Below, one piece after another: positions 36,997 through 47,095 of a stretch of DNA of 64,000 bases (position 1 is its first letter; every line of letters starts with the position of its first letter). Origin of the DNA: Patescibacteria group bacterium (GTDB lineage: Bacteria; Patescibacteriota; Microgenomatia; UBA12405). Where the stretch lies: positions 22,717 through 86,716 of the forward strand of contig WARW01000019.1 in assembly GCA_013387215.1 (NCBI GenBank). Reading direction: 5' to 3'. Made by a program: the position numbers and the translations under genes. The notes under the pieces are model-generated. The model had not been told where the DNA came from. It ran no database searches and was given only the letters and a program-made list of their open reading frames with translations.

Positions 36997-39494
36997 AATT
37001 TATAAATCTTTCCAAAATTTTTATTCCTCTTGTTTTTGCTTTCTTGCTTTTTATTTCCAGTCGCCAAGCGGTTTTAGGAGCTTGTATCGAATGCGCCAAC
37101 GATCATGCGGGAATATGTAACCTATATTCAGCAAATCAAGCTTTTAACAGAATGGTTGGCAGGTATTGCGGCTCTACAGTCTGTGATTTCTATGATGCTT
37201 GTTCTCCTCATACTCATAATGATGCAACTTGCTATTCAAGTAATTATGATGATCTTAGTACACATCTACAACAGTTAAGTAGTGGTGAAGCCTTCCATGG
37301 AGCTTTTGTGGGATGTAATAGTAATAACCAAGGTCAAAATTGTTTTTGTGATTCTAGTGGTAGAGTTCACTGTTACGATGATGCCAACAGTGATTCTTGT
37401 GCTGCCAAAGAAGGTGGTTCTCCCAACCCAACATCCCCTCCTGGATGTGAGGAACACTGTCCCAATCCCAATCCTAAAGACTCGGACCTTCTTCAAAATT
37501 GTCATCCACCCGATTCTGATGGAACCAGCAAAGACACACGTTGCACCGCAAAATGCCAAACAGCACCTTGTGGCGGCAAAACTTATTACTGTCCATCCCC
37601 TGGTGGCACCTGGACTACTACTCCAATTATTTGTTGTTCTCCGGCTCAATCATGTCCTACAACTTGTCATACTGCAACCATACAAGTTGATGATGGTAAT
37701 TGTGGCAAAATTTCCTGCCCTGCCAATGCTCCAGCTTATCAGAACTGTCCCAGTTCATGTCACACCACCAGCCTTTCGCTTGATGATGGTAATTGTGGCA
37801 AATACACCTGCCCCCCCAATGTTCCACCGGCCCAATCATGTCCTACAACTTGTCATACTGCAACCATACAAGTTGATGATGGTAATTGCGGCAAAACCAC
37901 TTGTCCACCAAACGCTCCCACAGCAGGAACTTGTCCTATTTGTCGAACAGCTTCATCAACAGTTCCCGACGGAAGTTGTGGAACTACAACTTGTGCCCAA
38001 AATTGTTGGGCTACCTGCGTTGGAAATGTTTGTAATTATCCTCCCACGTTTTCTAGTTTTACAATTAAAAATTCTACCGATACTTTGGTAAATGTCGATG
38101 CCACTGGTAAAAACCACATATGTCAAACCATATTTAATGGCAATAGAATCCCTATTTTAACTGTTACCGCTTCTGATCCCGATGGTGTTTCCGACATAAC
38201 GAGCATCCGGCTCCGCTGGAATGGACACGAATTCCCTCAAACTTCTTTTTCCAATGGCGTTGCTACTTTTTCCGAAGATTTGCCCGTAGCCCTTAATAAT
38301 TCCAATTCATATTTATTTGAAGCTAATATCACCGATTCTGTAGGTCATACCACCGGCTGGGTCAGCACTGGCCGCTTCTTTAAAATTTGGGATTGTCTGG
38401 TTAATGCTCATGGTACATATTATGATGGCTCCAAAGCTTCTTTTGGCACAATTACTTGCGGAGCTATTAGTAATGAATTCAAAGATTTAATTGGGGATGT
38501 TAATTGGAAAACTCTTGTTTTTAAAAATGCAGTTGCTGACAAAAACATGGATATTGATGCTTCACTAAGTAAATATCAAAGCCTTTCCAATAAGCTAATA
38601 TTCGGCAAGACTTATACTTATGCATTTAACACCGACATTGCCGCCGGTATTCCTCAAATGAGAATTCCCAATGCCGCCACCTGTCAAAATACCTTTACGG
38701 TTGACTTTCCTACTGTTGATCCATATGTAGCTCTTCCAGATATGCAGATTGATTTTTCCAGCATAAAAGACCAAGACCCTTGGTTTCAAACTACCGCTGG
38801 TGGAGTTAATGCTGTCAGAAATATTCGCGACGCTATTCCTCCTACCTGTCAATCTACACCTGGATGCATCCCTGTCATTAGTATTGAAAATACTCAAACT
38901 GGTTTGCTGAATAGCAATTTGATTTTTGCCAATTCAATCGATAAAGGTTGCGACACTTGTAATTACGGTCAACCTAATAATTGGAGTTATTCCGTTTCCA
39001 GGACCAGTCTCTCAGAAGATTATAATTACAATTATTTTTATAATAATTACCAAAACAGATTTCAATTTACTAAATATTATGATCAAGCCAGCATTAATTT
39101 TAGTACTATTAAATCGGAAATTGGTGGCACTGGAATAGTTATTGTGAATGGAGACCTAAACATTGATACTGACAATGCTTTACCAAATGGCCAATTCTTG
39201 ATAATCGTTGTTCATAAAAATATTAATATTTCAAATACTGTTAATCGCATCGATGGTCTTCTGATCGCCGATGGATCAATTACTGCTGACGGAGTTTCTG
39301 ACACCGATCAGCAGCTAGTTATTAATGGAGTTCTTTATTCCGCTTACTCCAATGTCACTCTGACTCGAGGTTTTAAAACCAAAAATAAAAACAATGGCAC
39401 ACCAGCAGTTGTTGTTAATTTTCAGCCGGACTATATCTTCAATATTCCAATCATTGTTCCGGAAACTCAGAAGCTTTATCAGTCTGGAATTTAA
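36993..39494 (+). CDS. large secreted Cys-rich protein with four tandem ~31-aa Cys repeats
   Basis: Signal peptide. N-terminal half contains more than 40 Cys. Tandem repeats Q(S/N)CP(T/S)(T/S)CHT…DDGNCGK…CPPN(A/V)P occur four times, with copies 1 and 3 nearly identical at DNA level. C-terminal half is Cys-poor and β-rich in composition. Confidence 0.6.
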   Translation: MKFINLSKIFIPLVFAFLLFISSRQAVLGACIECANDHAGICNLYSANQAFNRMVGRYCGSTVCDFYDACSPHTHNDATCYSSNYDDLSTHLQQLSSGEAFHGAFVGCNSNNQGQNCFCDSSGRVHCYDDANSDSCAAKEGGSPNPTSPPGCEEHCPNPNPKDSDLLQNCHPPDSDGTSKDTRCTAKCQTAPCGGKTYYCPSPGGTWTTTPIICCSPAQSCPTTCHTATIQVDDGNCGKISCPANAPAYQNCPSSCHTTSLSLDDGNCGKYTCPPNVPPAQSCPTTCHTATIQVDDGNCGKTTCPPNAPTAGTCPICRTASSTVPDGSCGTTTCAQNCWATCVGNVCNYPPTFSSFTIKNSTDTLVNVDATGKNHICQTIFNGNRIPILTVTASDPDGVSDITSIRLRWNGHEFPQTSFSNGVATFSEDLPVALNNSNSYLFEANITDSVGHTTGWVSTGRFFKIWDCLVNAHGTYYDGSKASFGTITCGAISNEFKDLIGDVNWKTLVFKNAVADKNMDIDASLSKYQSLSNKLIFGKTYTYAFNTDIAAGIPQMRIPNAATCQNTFTVDFPTVDPYVALPDMQIDFSSIKDQDPWFQTTAGGVNAVRNIRDAIPPTCQSTPGCIPVISIENTQTGLLNSNLIFANSIDKGCDTCNYGQPNNWSYSVSRTSLSEDYNYNYFYNNYQNRFQFTKYYDQASINFSTIKSEIGGTGIVIVNGDLNIDTDNALPNGQFLIIVVHKNINISNTVNRIDGLLIADGSITADGVSDTDQQLVINGVLYSAYSNVTLTRGFKTKNKNNGTPAVVVNFQPDYIFNIPIIVPETQKLYQSGI

Positions 39495-39515
39495 GGCATT
39501 TTTTATCAAGAAGAA

Positions 39516-40517
39516 CTAGTTTTTGCTACAGTAGTTTTTGATGTTATCAATGGTCGTTTGGACTATTCTGCCGATTGCTTCTTTGGTATTAAAAGCATTA
39601 TGAGGAGTAAAAACTACATCATCACGATCTCTCAAAAGATGAAAGCTTAATACTTGTTTTAAGTCTTCTTTTAGGTATTTTTTGCTTATCACTACACTCA
39701 TACTTTCTACTACATTTTCTTCTTCAGTCACGTCTAAACCAGCGCCAGCCAATATTTTATTATTCAATGCCCAAACAATCGCCTCTGTCTCCACAATTGG
39801 CCCTCTGGAGGTATTGATCAAATAACTTCCTCGTTTCATCAACTTTATATTACTTTTATTGATCAGATGATATGTCTCTGGAATGGATGGCACATGTAAA
39901 GTTACAAAGTCCGACTCCTTTAAACAAGTTTCCAAATCAACATATTTAAATCCTAAATTTTTTTCTAGCTTAGGGTCTTGCATATGCTCTACTGCTAAAA
40001 CTTTCATTCCAAAGCCTCTGGCGATGCGAATCACATTTTGCCCTATCTTTCCGGCACCAATAACACCTAATATTTTTTTGTTGATATCTACCCCAGTCAA
40101 ACCCTCAGGACTGAACTCTCCATCCTCAACCGATTGGTTTGCCACCACTATTTTTCTGGCAATAGCCAAAAGTAATGCAAACGTATACTCTGCTACAGTG
40201 TTTGATCCATAACATGGCACACTCAATATTTCTATTTTTCTTTTTTTGCACTCTTCAAAATCTATATGGTCAATCCCTGTTGATCGGGTCGCAATCATTT
40301 TCAAATTAGGCAGCTTACTTAAAACATCCTTATTCATAAATGAATATACAAACGGAGAAATTATTTCATATTTAGCTGCTAATTCTAAATTATCTTGGAC
40401 TTCGGTTTCAAAAATTCCCACTCCAAAACTATCCAGTTGACTTATCTCTTTTTCAATAATCGGTCTCTCCCAACTTTTAACTCCAAAAAATGCGATTTTA
40501 TATTGTTTTCTTTCCAT
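39516..40517 (-). CDS. D-isomer-specific 2-hydroxyacid dehydrogenase family (NAD-dependent)
   Basis: GVIGAGKIGQNV Rossmann motif. Catalytic R/E/H triad context (…TSRGPIVETEA…, …DVTEEE…, …FTPHNAF). Confidence 0.85.
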   Translation of the reverse strand: MERKQYKIAFFGVKSWERPIIEKEISQLDSFGVGIFETEVQDNLELAAKYEIISPFVYSFMNKDVLSKLPNLKMIATRSTGIDHIDFEECKKRKIEILSVPCYGSNTVAEYTFALLLAIARKIVVANQSVEDGEFSPEGLTGVDINKKILGVIGAGKIGQNVIRIARGFGMKVLAVEHMQDPKLEKNLGFKYVDLETCLKESDFVTLHVPSIPETYHLINKSNIKLMKRGSYLINTSRGPIVETEAIVWALNNKILAGAGLDVTEEENVVESMSVVISKKYLKEDLKQVLSFHLLRDRDDVVFTPHNAFNTKEAIGRIVQTTIDNIKNYCSKN

Positions 40518-40707
40518 AATATCATTTTACCTTTTCCTCAAAATTAATAAAGTATCTTTTAAAAAATAAAATTTAATTATTGCCTCACCTAAGGATAAAA
40601 ATAGTACAAGCGACTTCTTTTGATTTACTAACCCATTGACACATAAATATGCTCTATGTTTTACTGATTATAGTTATTAATTAGTTTGATATAAGAGGAG
40701 CCAGTCA

Positions 40708-40965
40708 ATGGATAATCAGACCATATCACAAGATGTACTTGTGAAACAAAACGCCGCCCCAAAAAAAATTAATGGAATCTCTATCGACAACCTTCCAGAC
40801 CTCCTAACGGTGGCCGAAGTTGCTGACCTTTTAAGAGTGAGTAAACTCACTATTAAGCGCTGGGGAAAAAGAGGCAAGTTGCCTGCAATCCGCATTAACG
40901 CTCGAGGCGACCGCCGCTATCGAAAAGAAGCTGTGTTGTGGTTATTGGGAATCCAAGCTGACTAA
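40708..40965 (+). CDS. small HTH DNA-binding protein (excisionase/MerR-like HTH_17 type)
   Basis: LLTVAEVADLLRVSKLTIKRWGKRGKLPAIRINARGDRRYRKEAVLWLLG is a typical Xis/MerR-superfamily winged HTH. RBS agaggag. Confidence 0.6.
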   Translation: MDNQTISQDVLVKQNAAPKKINGISIDNLPDLLTVAEVADLLRVSKLTIKRWGKRGKLPAIRINARGDRRYRKEAVLWLLGIQAD

Positions 40966-41059
40966 GTTTTGTTAGTCAAACTTTTTCAAAAGACTCCGGT
41001 TATTCCGGAGTTTTTTGTGTATGCGACATATTTTTTGAAATCATGTTTTTTAAAGATTT

Positions 41060-41080
41060 CCAACGTGGACTCCACATTGG
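41060..41080. promoter_or_regulatory. palindrome CCAACGTGG-act-CCACATTGG (copy B) between the HTH gene and ruvB 3' ends
   Basis: Near-perfect 9-bp inverted repeat with 3-nt spacer. Followed by AAAAAATATGATGAAAAAAAA, as in copy A. Confidence 0.5.
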
Positions 41081-41110
41081 CCGATCTCTAAAAAATATGA
41101 TGAAAAAAAA

Positions 41111-42070
41111 TTAAGCAAGGACCCGTCCTCTTGGAGTTCTCTTAATTAAACCTTTTTTCATCAAATATGGTTCGTAAACCTCAGTGATTGTGCCCACATC
41201 TTCGGTTAAGGCCGCTGCAATATTCTCTACTCCAACAGGTCCTCCGCCATATTGGTTCTTAACAATCTCTAAATATTTTCTATCGGCATCCGAAAGTCCC
41301 ATATCATCCACACCTAACATATTTAATGCCTCTCTCGCCTCTTTAAGTGTGATTAAACCGTCATTTTTGATCTGAGCATAGTCTCGTACCCGGCGAAGCA
41401 ATCTATTGGCAATTCTAGGGGTGCCTCTGGCTCTTTTAGCTAATTCCAAAGACGCATCTCTTTCAATTTTTACTTTCAAAACATCGGCCGTTCTTGAGAC
41501 TATTTCTTCTAAATTTTCATCATCATAAAAATCCAACTGTTGCACATAACCAAATCTGTCTCTCATTGGACCGCTAATCAAACCGATTCTTGTTGTTGCC
41601 CCAATCAATGTAAATTTTTGCAAATTTAATCGAACAGTTTTAGCCGATGGTCCTTTGCCTAGAACAATATCCAAAGCAAAATCTTCCATGGCCGAATAAA
41701 GCATTTCTTCCACCAATTTATTCAGCCGGTGAATTTCGTCAATAAACAAAAAATCTCCTTTTTTAAGTCCGGTTAAAATTGAAGCTAAATCGCCGGCTCG
41801 AGTCAAAGCCGGACCAGATGTCATTTTCAAAGCGCCGCCCATTTCTTTTGCCATCAAAAAAGCTAAAGTTGTTTTACCCAAACCCGGAGGTCCATAAAAT
41901 AAAATATGATCCAACGAATCCCCTCTAGTTCTGGCGGCATCCAAAAATATTTGCAGTTGATCTTTCAATTTTGGCTGGCCAATAAATTCTGAAAGTTTTT
42001 GCGGCCGCAAACTTTTTTCAACAATTTTTTCTTCACTTTTTGCTTTCGCATCAATTAATTTGTCTTCCAT
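41111..42070 (-). CDS. ruvB: Holliday junction branch-migration ATPase RuvB
   Basis: Walker [12 protein letters not shown], sensor motifs, and C-terminal winged helix. Confidence 0.95.
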   Translation of the reverse strand: MEDKLIDAKAKSEEKIVEKSLRPQKLSEFIGQPKLKDQLQIFLDAARTRGDSLDHILFYGPPGLGKTTLAFLMAKEMGGALKMTSGPALTRAGDLASILTGLKKGDFLFIDEIHRLNKLVEEMLYSAMEDFALDIVLGKGPSAKTVRLNLQKFTLIGATTRIGLISGPMRDRFGYVQQLDFYDDENLEEIVSRTADVLKVKIERDASLELAKRARGTPRIANRLLRRVRDYAQIKNDGLITLKEAREALNMLGVDDMGLSDADRKYLEIVKNQYGGGPVGVENIAAALTEDVGTITEVYEPYLMKKGLIKRTPRGRVLA

Positions 42071-42074
42071 AAAA

Positions 42075-42653
42075 TTAGTTTCCTAAATTTCCTAAACACC
42101 AGCTTAATTTTTCCTCAATTTCTATTAATTCTAACGGCATTTTTTTAACCACTTTTTCAATTTCTTTTTTATCGAAACCAAGTTGTTTTAAACTGGCAGT
42201 CAAATCATCTTCATGAATTTCTTCACCTTTACTTAAATCCAACTCCCCCAATCCGCCGATTTTAGATTTCAAATCAACAATAATTCTTTGAGCGGTTTTT
42301 TTGCCGATGCCTTTTATTTTTTGAAAAAATTCTACATTGGCATCACCGATTGCTTTTATCACATCCAAACTTTTGCAGTCAGCTAAAATTTGAGCGCCCG
42401 TTTTTGGACCGACTCCTGAAACTGAAATTAACATTTTAAAAAGATTTACATCATCCCAATTTTCAAATCCAAAAAGTGAAATATCATTTTCTGAAACTGC
42501 CATGTATGTATAAACTTTCACTTCCTGATCAACTTTACTGGCCATTGATTTAGCCAATGCTGGGCCATAAACTAGATAACCAACCCCACCTACTTCAATC
42601 TCGCAATTATTTCCCCAAATTCGATTTATTTTTCCTTTAAGGCTTGAAATCAT
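42075..42653 (-). CDS. ruvA: Holliday junction DNA-binding protein RuvA
   Basis: OB domain followed by tandem HhH (…[16 protein letters not shown]…[13 protein letters not shown]…). Lies 4 nt upstream of ruvB. Confidence 0.9.
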   Translation of the reverse strand: MISSLKGKINRIWGNNCEIEVGGVGYLVYGPALAKSMASKVDQEVKVYTYMAVSENDISLFGFENWDDVNLFKMLISVSGVGPKTGAQILADCKSLDVIKAIGDANVEFFQKIKGIGKKTAQRIIVDLKSKIGGLGELDLSKGEEIHEDDLTASLKQLGFDKKEIEKVVKKMPLELIEIEEKLSWCLGNLGN

Positions 42654-42696
42654 AGCTTCATTTTACACTATCCCAAACAAAACCCAAAACAAACAA

Positions 42697-44232
42697 TTAC
42701 TTCTTAATTTGATACCATCTCTTTTGAACTGAATAATACGAATCCAAAATTTTCTTTTTATCCTCTGGCATCACTCGGTTATTGTTTTTTTCTTCCACTA
42801 ATTTCACAAAGTCATCAAATTTGATATTTTCTGCTTCCACATCAATACCGCATTGTTTCATATATAACGGTATTTCCGGATTAAGTCGACAATAAATTTG
42901 TTCGTTCACCTGATGTTGCAAATAGTCGCGGCTTGATCTATTTTTTTTATAATTAAATTCTAATTGACCCTCCATTTTTTCTACTTTTTCCAGTTCGCTT
43001 TTATATTTTTTTTCGCTGCCAAAAAGTTTATTTATACCCTCTGGTGGATGTTCAATTAAATTATTTTTAACTTCTTTAAGATCAGCTTGTTGAGTTTCAA
43101 TTTTTCCCATTTCTTGATTGTACGCATCAATTTGTACATCATATTTTGGACATGAATAATGAATTCTAAAACCCGGAGCTCTCTCATGATCCCACACTTC
43201 AACTTCATCGTCTTTTTTTATGGAAATCGATAAGGCATCCTGCAAATTTAAACTCTCAATTATTTCTCGGGTATCTTTTATTTTTCCATCCATTATTCGT
43301 TTTTGGATTTCACTGTCTTCTTGATATTTAATGGCTTCTTTTACGTCTTTTTCAAACTTACCATAGTGGAGTTCATGCATAAAAATAGCTTTAGAATCAT
43401 GTTCAACTTTCGCTGCTAATGATCTTTTGACACCATCCAAATCTCTCTCATTAAAATTTAAATCGGACCCTCTTGCTTGTTCTTCTAATTTTTTATTATA
43501 AAAATCAATTGCAATGTCTTCATAATCATCATCTATTTTAAACATTTGTCCCATCTCGTCAGGAATCAATTTAACTCCTTCATATTTTTTTATCACTCCG
43601 TCAGGATTCTGAAGTTTATTATCAAGAAGCTGCTGTATTAAATATTTAGAACCATAATTTCTTTCTTGCTCTTTTGCGTATTTTATATCCAAAAACCGGA
43701 TTACCTGCTTCCCTTCATCACTCTGTTTTCTGGTTTCCAAAATCTTTTCCGATAACTCCCAACTTCTATCATAAGTTTTTTTGCTTAATTCCCCCCAGCT
43801 CATATTATCTTCCACTCCCAAATCTTTCGACACTTTCTCTTTTACCATTCGGGCTTTATCTATCAAACCGCCGTCTTTATGGGCTTGATCCGACAATTCC
43901 GTTTTATTCTTTAGATAGTCTGAAACTTCTTGTGTATCTTTATATTTATCCTTAAATTCCTCGAAACTTTCAATTCCATTTTCTTTTAAAACTCCGGTCT
44001 CTTTTAAATTGGAATATATGTTTCTCACCTTTTGAATTCCATGTCTCAAATGTCTATGAGCCGAATCAATTTCCTCGCTTGTCTTATCCAAAGCCCTTCC
44101 ATTTTGTTTATTTTCTTCATACTTATCCTTTAAATCAGCAACAACCAGATCATGAATTTTTGGTTTTTCTTGACTAATTCTTATTCCATCAGCTCCACTG
44201 CTAATATTTTCGCTCATAATATATATAAACAA
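42697..44232 (-). CDS. hypothetical Lys/Glu-rich protein (start possibly at MSENISSG, 44217)
   Basis: Long ORF. No recognised domain. Lies 43 nt upstream of ruvA on the same strand. Confidence 0.5.
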   Translation of the reverse strand: MFIYIMSENISSGADGIRISQEKPKIHDLVVADLKDKYEENKQNGRALDKTSEEIDSAHRHLRHGIQKVRNIYSNLKETGVLKENGIESFEEFKDKYKDTQEVSDYLKNKTELSDQAHKDGGLIDKARMVKEKVSKDLGVEDNMSWGELSKKTYDRSWELSEKILETRKQSDEGKQVIRFLDIKYAKEQERNYGSKYLIQQLLDNKLQNPDGVIKKYEGVKLIPDEMGQMFKIDDDYEDIAIDFYNKKLEEQARGSDLNFNERDLDGVKRSLAAKVEHDSKAIFMHELHYGKFEKDVKEAIKYQEDSEIQKRIMDGKIKDTREIIESLNLQDALSISIKKDDEVEVWDHERAPGFRIHYSCPKYDVQIDAYNQEMGKIETQQADLKEVKNNLIEHPPEGINKLFGSEKKYKSELEKVEKMEGQLEFNYKKNRSSRDYLQHQVNEQIYCRLNPEIPLYMKQCGIDVEAENIKFDDFVKLVEEKNNNRVMPEDKKKILDSYYSVQKRWYQIKK

Positions 44233-44349
44233 TATAAAATTATGATCATTTTGTAAATCCGTAAAATTTTTATTCCAATTGTATAAAACTTAATAAAATT
44301 TACGGCTAGCCGTTGATATACTAGAGCGTTTACAGATTTATTTACAATA

Positions 44350-44808
44350 ATGAATCGTGTTAACAATGAAATACTAAGAAGCGCAGAAATAAGAGAATAC
44401 TCAACCAAAAGTTTTCCGATGGATTATTTAACAGCCATCAAAAACAGAGAAGAACTTGTCAGGCATGAAACCCAAAGAGAAATATTTTTGAGAAACGAAT
44501 CAATTGCAAAAAACATAATTGATAGTCTACCCCCAACTGCTAAATTCACTTTAACCCAAAGATCTGAAGAAGAACCAAATGGAGAAATTTCCTATCAAGT
44601 CATTATCAAGAAAAAAGAAGACGATAAAATATTTTTTGGCATTGAAAATTCTAAAACCATCAAGTCTTGCAACTATTTAGGATTTTGTCTTCAAAGCAAA
44701 TTGCTAATCAGAGACAAAGACGGCAATCCCACACCTAACCAGGAACTGATCGAAAAACTATCTCAGAATACTGCCTCAATGCCTCAAACTAGACAAAACG
44801 CTGCGTAA
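44350..44808 (+). CDS. hypothetical protein (152 aa)
   Basis: ORF only. The 3' end overlaps the ruvC 3' end (convergent). Confidence 0.4.
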   Translation: MNRVNNEILRSAEIREYSTKSFPMDYLTAIKNREELVRHETQREIFLRNESIAKNIIDSLPPTAKFTLTQRSEEEPNGEISYQVIIKKKEDDKIFFGIENSKTIKSCNYLGFCLQSKLLIRDKDGNPTPNQELIEKLSQNTASMPQTRQNAA

Positions 44809-45253
44809 ATAGATGGGTCAAGCCCACCGCCACCGCATCGGATGCGTGAGAAGGATTGATAGGTTCACTTAATTTCAAAAATTCTCTCACCATCACTTCT
44901 ACTTGTTCCTTTTCTGCCCGGCCGTATCCCACCAAAGCCATTTTCACCTGAAGCGGCGTGTAGCCAAACACCTCGACTTTGTTTTTCTGGCCGCAAATTT
45001 TTATTACTCCAATTGCTTCCGCCACTTTTATGGCCGACTTAGCATTCTTGGCAAAAAACAATGTTTCAATTGCCACTGCCTCCACCTTATATTTTTTGAT
45101 CAGTCCGTCAATTTCGTCATAAATTTGTCCGAGTCTTTTGGCTGATACATCTGAAATTTTCGTCACTAAACAACCGCACTCCACCAAAGTTTCTTCGTCT
45201 TTTAAAATTGCCCAACCAGTATTAGCCAGTCCCGGGTCGATTCCTAGAATCAT
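44789..45253 (-). CDS. ruvC: crossover junction endodeoxyribonuclease RuvC
   Basis: MILGIDPGLANTGWAIL N-terminus (RNase H-like with catalytic Asp). Matches the RuvC family throughout. Confidence 0.9.
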   Translation of the reverse strand: MILGIDPGLANTGWAILKDEETLVECGCLVTKISDVSAKRLGQIYDEIDGLIKKYKVEAVAIETLFFAKNAKSAIKVAEAIGVIKICGQKNKVEVFGYTPLQVKMALVGYGRAEKEQVEVMVREFLKLSEPINPSHASDAVAVGLTHLFTQRFV

Positions 45254-45505
45254 ATACTATCTTATCAAATTTATTTTTAAGGCAACATTATCCCACCTAA
45301 ACCGCAATCTTTTGTTTAAAAGCCTCTCATGAAGTCCCATTTTTTTACTATAGGATAAATTAATATTTATTCACTTATCCACATCAACAACTTATATTAT
45401 TTTAATATTATTCTATTTACAAAGTTATAGGATGTAAAATATAACAAAACAAGCCTAAAATTAGGAAAAATTGTCTATTGTATATAAACAAGCTATAATT
45501 GTCCT

Positions 45506-46579
45506 ATGGATTATCAAGAAATCTATAATCAACTTAAAACTGAATTCCCTAAATACTTAATCTACAAAGATCATCCCTTAGCTCCTCATACCACTTTAAA
45601 AATTGGCGGTCCTGCCGACATTTTTATCAATACCACCACTAGCCTTCAATTCCTAAGATTACTCAAATTTCTTTCTAAAAATAAATTTTCCAATTTTACA
45701 ATTTTAGGCAATGGTTCCAATGTTTTAATATCAGATGATGGAATTCGTGGAATCGTTATCAAAAATAATTCCAAAAAAATTAAAGTTGTTAAAGAATTAT
45801 TAACTCCATCCGAACTTAATAATTGTCAGTTTATCGACACTCATCGCACCGAAAATGAACCTGGCCAATACCTTGATTTTGCCAATCTCGATTACGATGA
45901 AACTGGTTGCCCTAATGTTTACGTCAGAATATATTCAGGAGTCTTTCTCCCCTACACCATAAATTACCTAATTGACCATCAAATTACTGGATTGCAATGG
46001 TTTTCCTATATTCCTGGCACCATTGGCGGTGCGGTTTGGTACAACATTCACGGCGGCAAATACCATTTATCGGATTTCATCGAAAGCGTATCAGTATTTA
46101 ATTTTGAAACCGGCAAAAAAGAGGTCTACAAAAAGGAAGATTTGAACTGGGGTTATGATAAATCAGTTTTTCAAACAACTCCAAATTTAATCATTCTTTC
46201 CGTAGTTTTAAAACTTTTCCGCGGTGACGCCACTAAAGCCAAAATCACTTCTGAAAAATGGATCCAGCAAAAATCGCTGGTTCAAGCCACTAATTCCGCT
46301 GGTTCAGTTTTCAAAAACCCATCATTAGAAGAATGTCAAAAAATTTGGGGGGAACAAAAATCTGCCGGCTGGATCATTGATCATGAACTAAATCTAAAAG
46401 GAAAATCTGTTGGTGATGCTCAAATCAGCCCTAAACATGGGAACTTTATTGTTAATAACGGCAATGCAACTGCTCAAGATTATTTAAATTTAGTTAAATT
46501 AATTCAGTCCGAAACTCAAAAGAAATTTAATCTTAATCTGGAACCGGAAGTTAAACTGCTAGGTAGCTTTGAGCAGTAA
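45506..46579 (+). CDS. murB: UDP-N-acetylenolpyruvoylglucosamine reductase
   Basis: FAD-binding N-domain (…KDHPLAPHTTLKIGGPADIF…GNGSNVLISD…). The C-terminal MurB domain carries insertions, giving 357 aa. Confidence 0.8.
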   Translation: MDYQEIYNQLKTEFPKYLIYKDHPLAPHTTLKIGGPADIFINTTTSLQFLRLLKFLSKNKFSNFTILGNGSNVLISDDGIRGIVIKNNSKKIKVVKELLTPSELNNCQFIDTHRTENEPGQYLDFANLDYDETGCPNVYVRIYSGVFLPYTINYLIDHQITGLQWFSYIPGTIGGAVWYNIHGGKYHLSDFIESVSVFNFETGKKEVYKKEDLNWGYDKSVFQTTPNLIILSVVLKLFRGDATKAKITSEKWIQQKSLVQATNSAGSVFKNPSLEECQKIWGEQKSAGWIIDHELNLKGKSVGDAQISPKHGNFIVNNGNATAQDYLNLVKLIQSETQKKFNLNLEPEVKLLGSFEQ

Positions 46580-47087
46580 TATCTGCAGTAATAATTCCAT
46601 CATTTTCATAAACAAAGTCACTTTCTAACAATCTCAAATCACCTGAATCCAAAACTTCCAAACCCATTGTTAATGCGTCCATTGCAGCTTTGTCCATTTC
46701 CTGTCTTTCTTTATTTACTAATTTATATATCTTCTTGCTGTTTAGATCGATATCTACATCCACACCACCTCTAAAAAACGTATTTCCTGGAGTATAACCA
46801 ATATTAATTCTACAGCTTTGTTCTTGCTCAGTATTTGTTTTAAGTATCTCTACTGCAATCCTTCTTCTCCCTGTTTCTTCACTATTTTCAAACAAACAAT
46901 TTATTGTTTTATGTCTATCGTCAGTAACAACCATCGATAACACTCCATTACAATCTCCGCCACAACGAGTCAAACTTCCTTCCATATCTTTATAAACAAT
47001 ATTTTTCCCGATTGAATCAATAATTTTACCTAATCTCAGTTTTATCCGCTCAGCAATTACTTCGTTATTTTGTAGTCGTTCTAACAT
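46551..47087 (-). CDS. hypothetical protein (178 aa)
   Basis: ORF only. No family confidently recognised. Confidence 0.4.
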   Translation of the reverse strand: MLERLQNNEVIAERIKLRLGKIIDSIGKNIVYKDMEGSLTRCGGDCNGVLSMVVTDDRHKTINCLFENSEETGRRRIAVEILKTNTEQEQSCRINIGYTPGNTFFRGGVDVDIDLNSKKIYKLVNKERQEMDKAAMDALTMGLEVLDSGDLRLLESDFVYENDGIITADITAQSYLAV

Positions 47088-47095
47088 TACCTAGT

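Noticed and set aside
37275-38091. Alternative-frame ORFs (124 aa minus, 269 aa plus) inside the Cys-rich protein gene
   Set aside because: Frame artefacts of the repetitive, codon-biased repeat region. The main frame has a signal peptide and a coherent repeat structure.
46551-47087. Possible CinA C-terminal-domain homology for the 178-aa protein (…TRCGGDCNGV…)
   Set aside because: Only a short Cys/Gly segment loosely resembles the CinA ESCTGG region. Insufficient to call.
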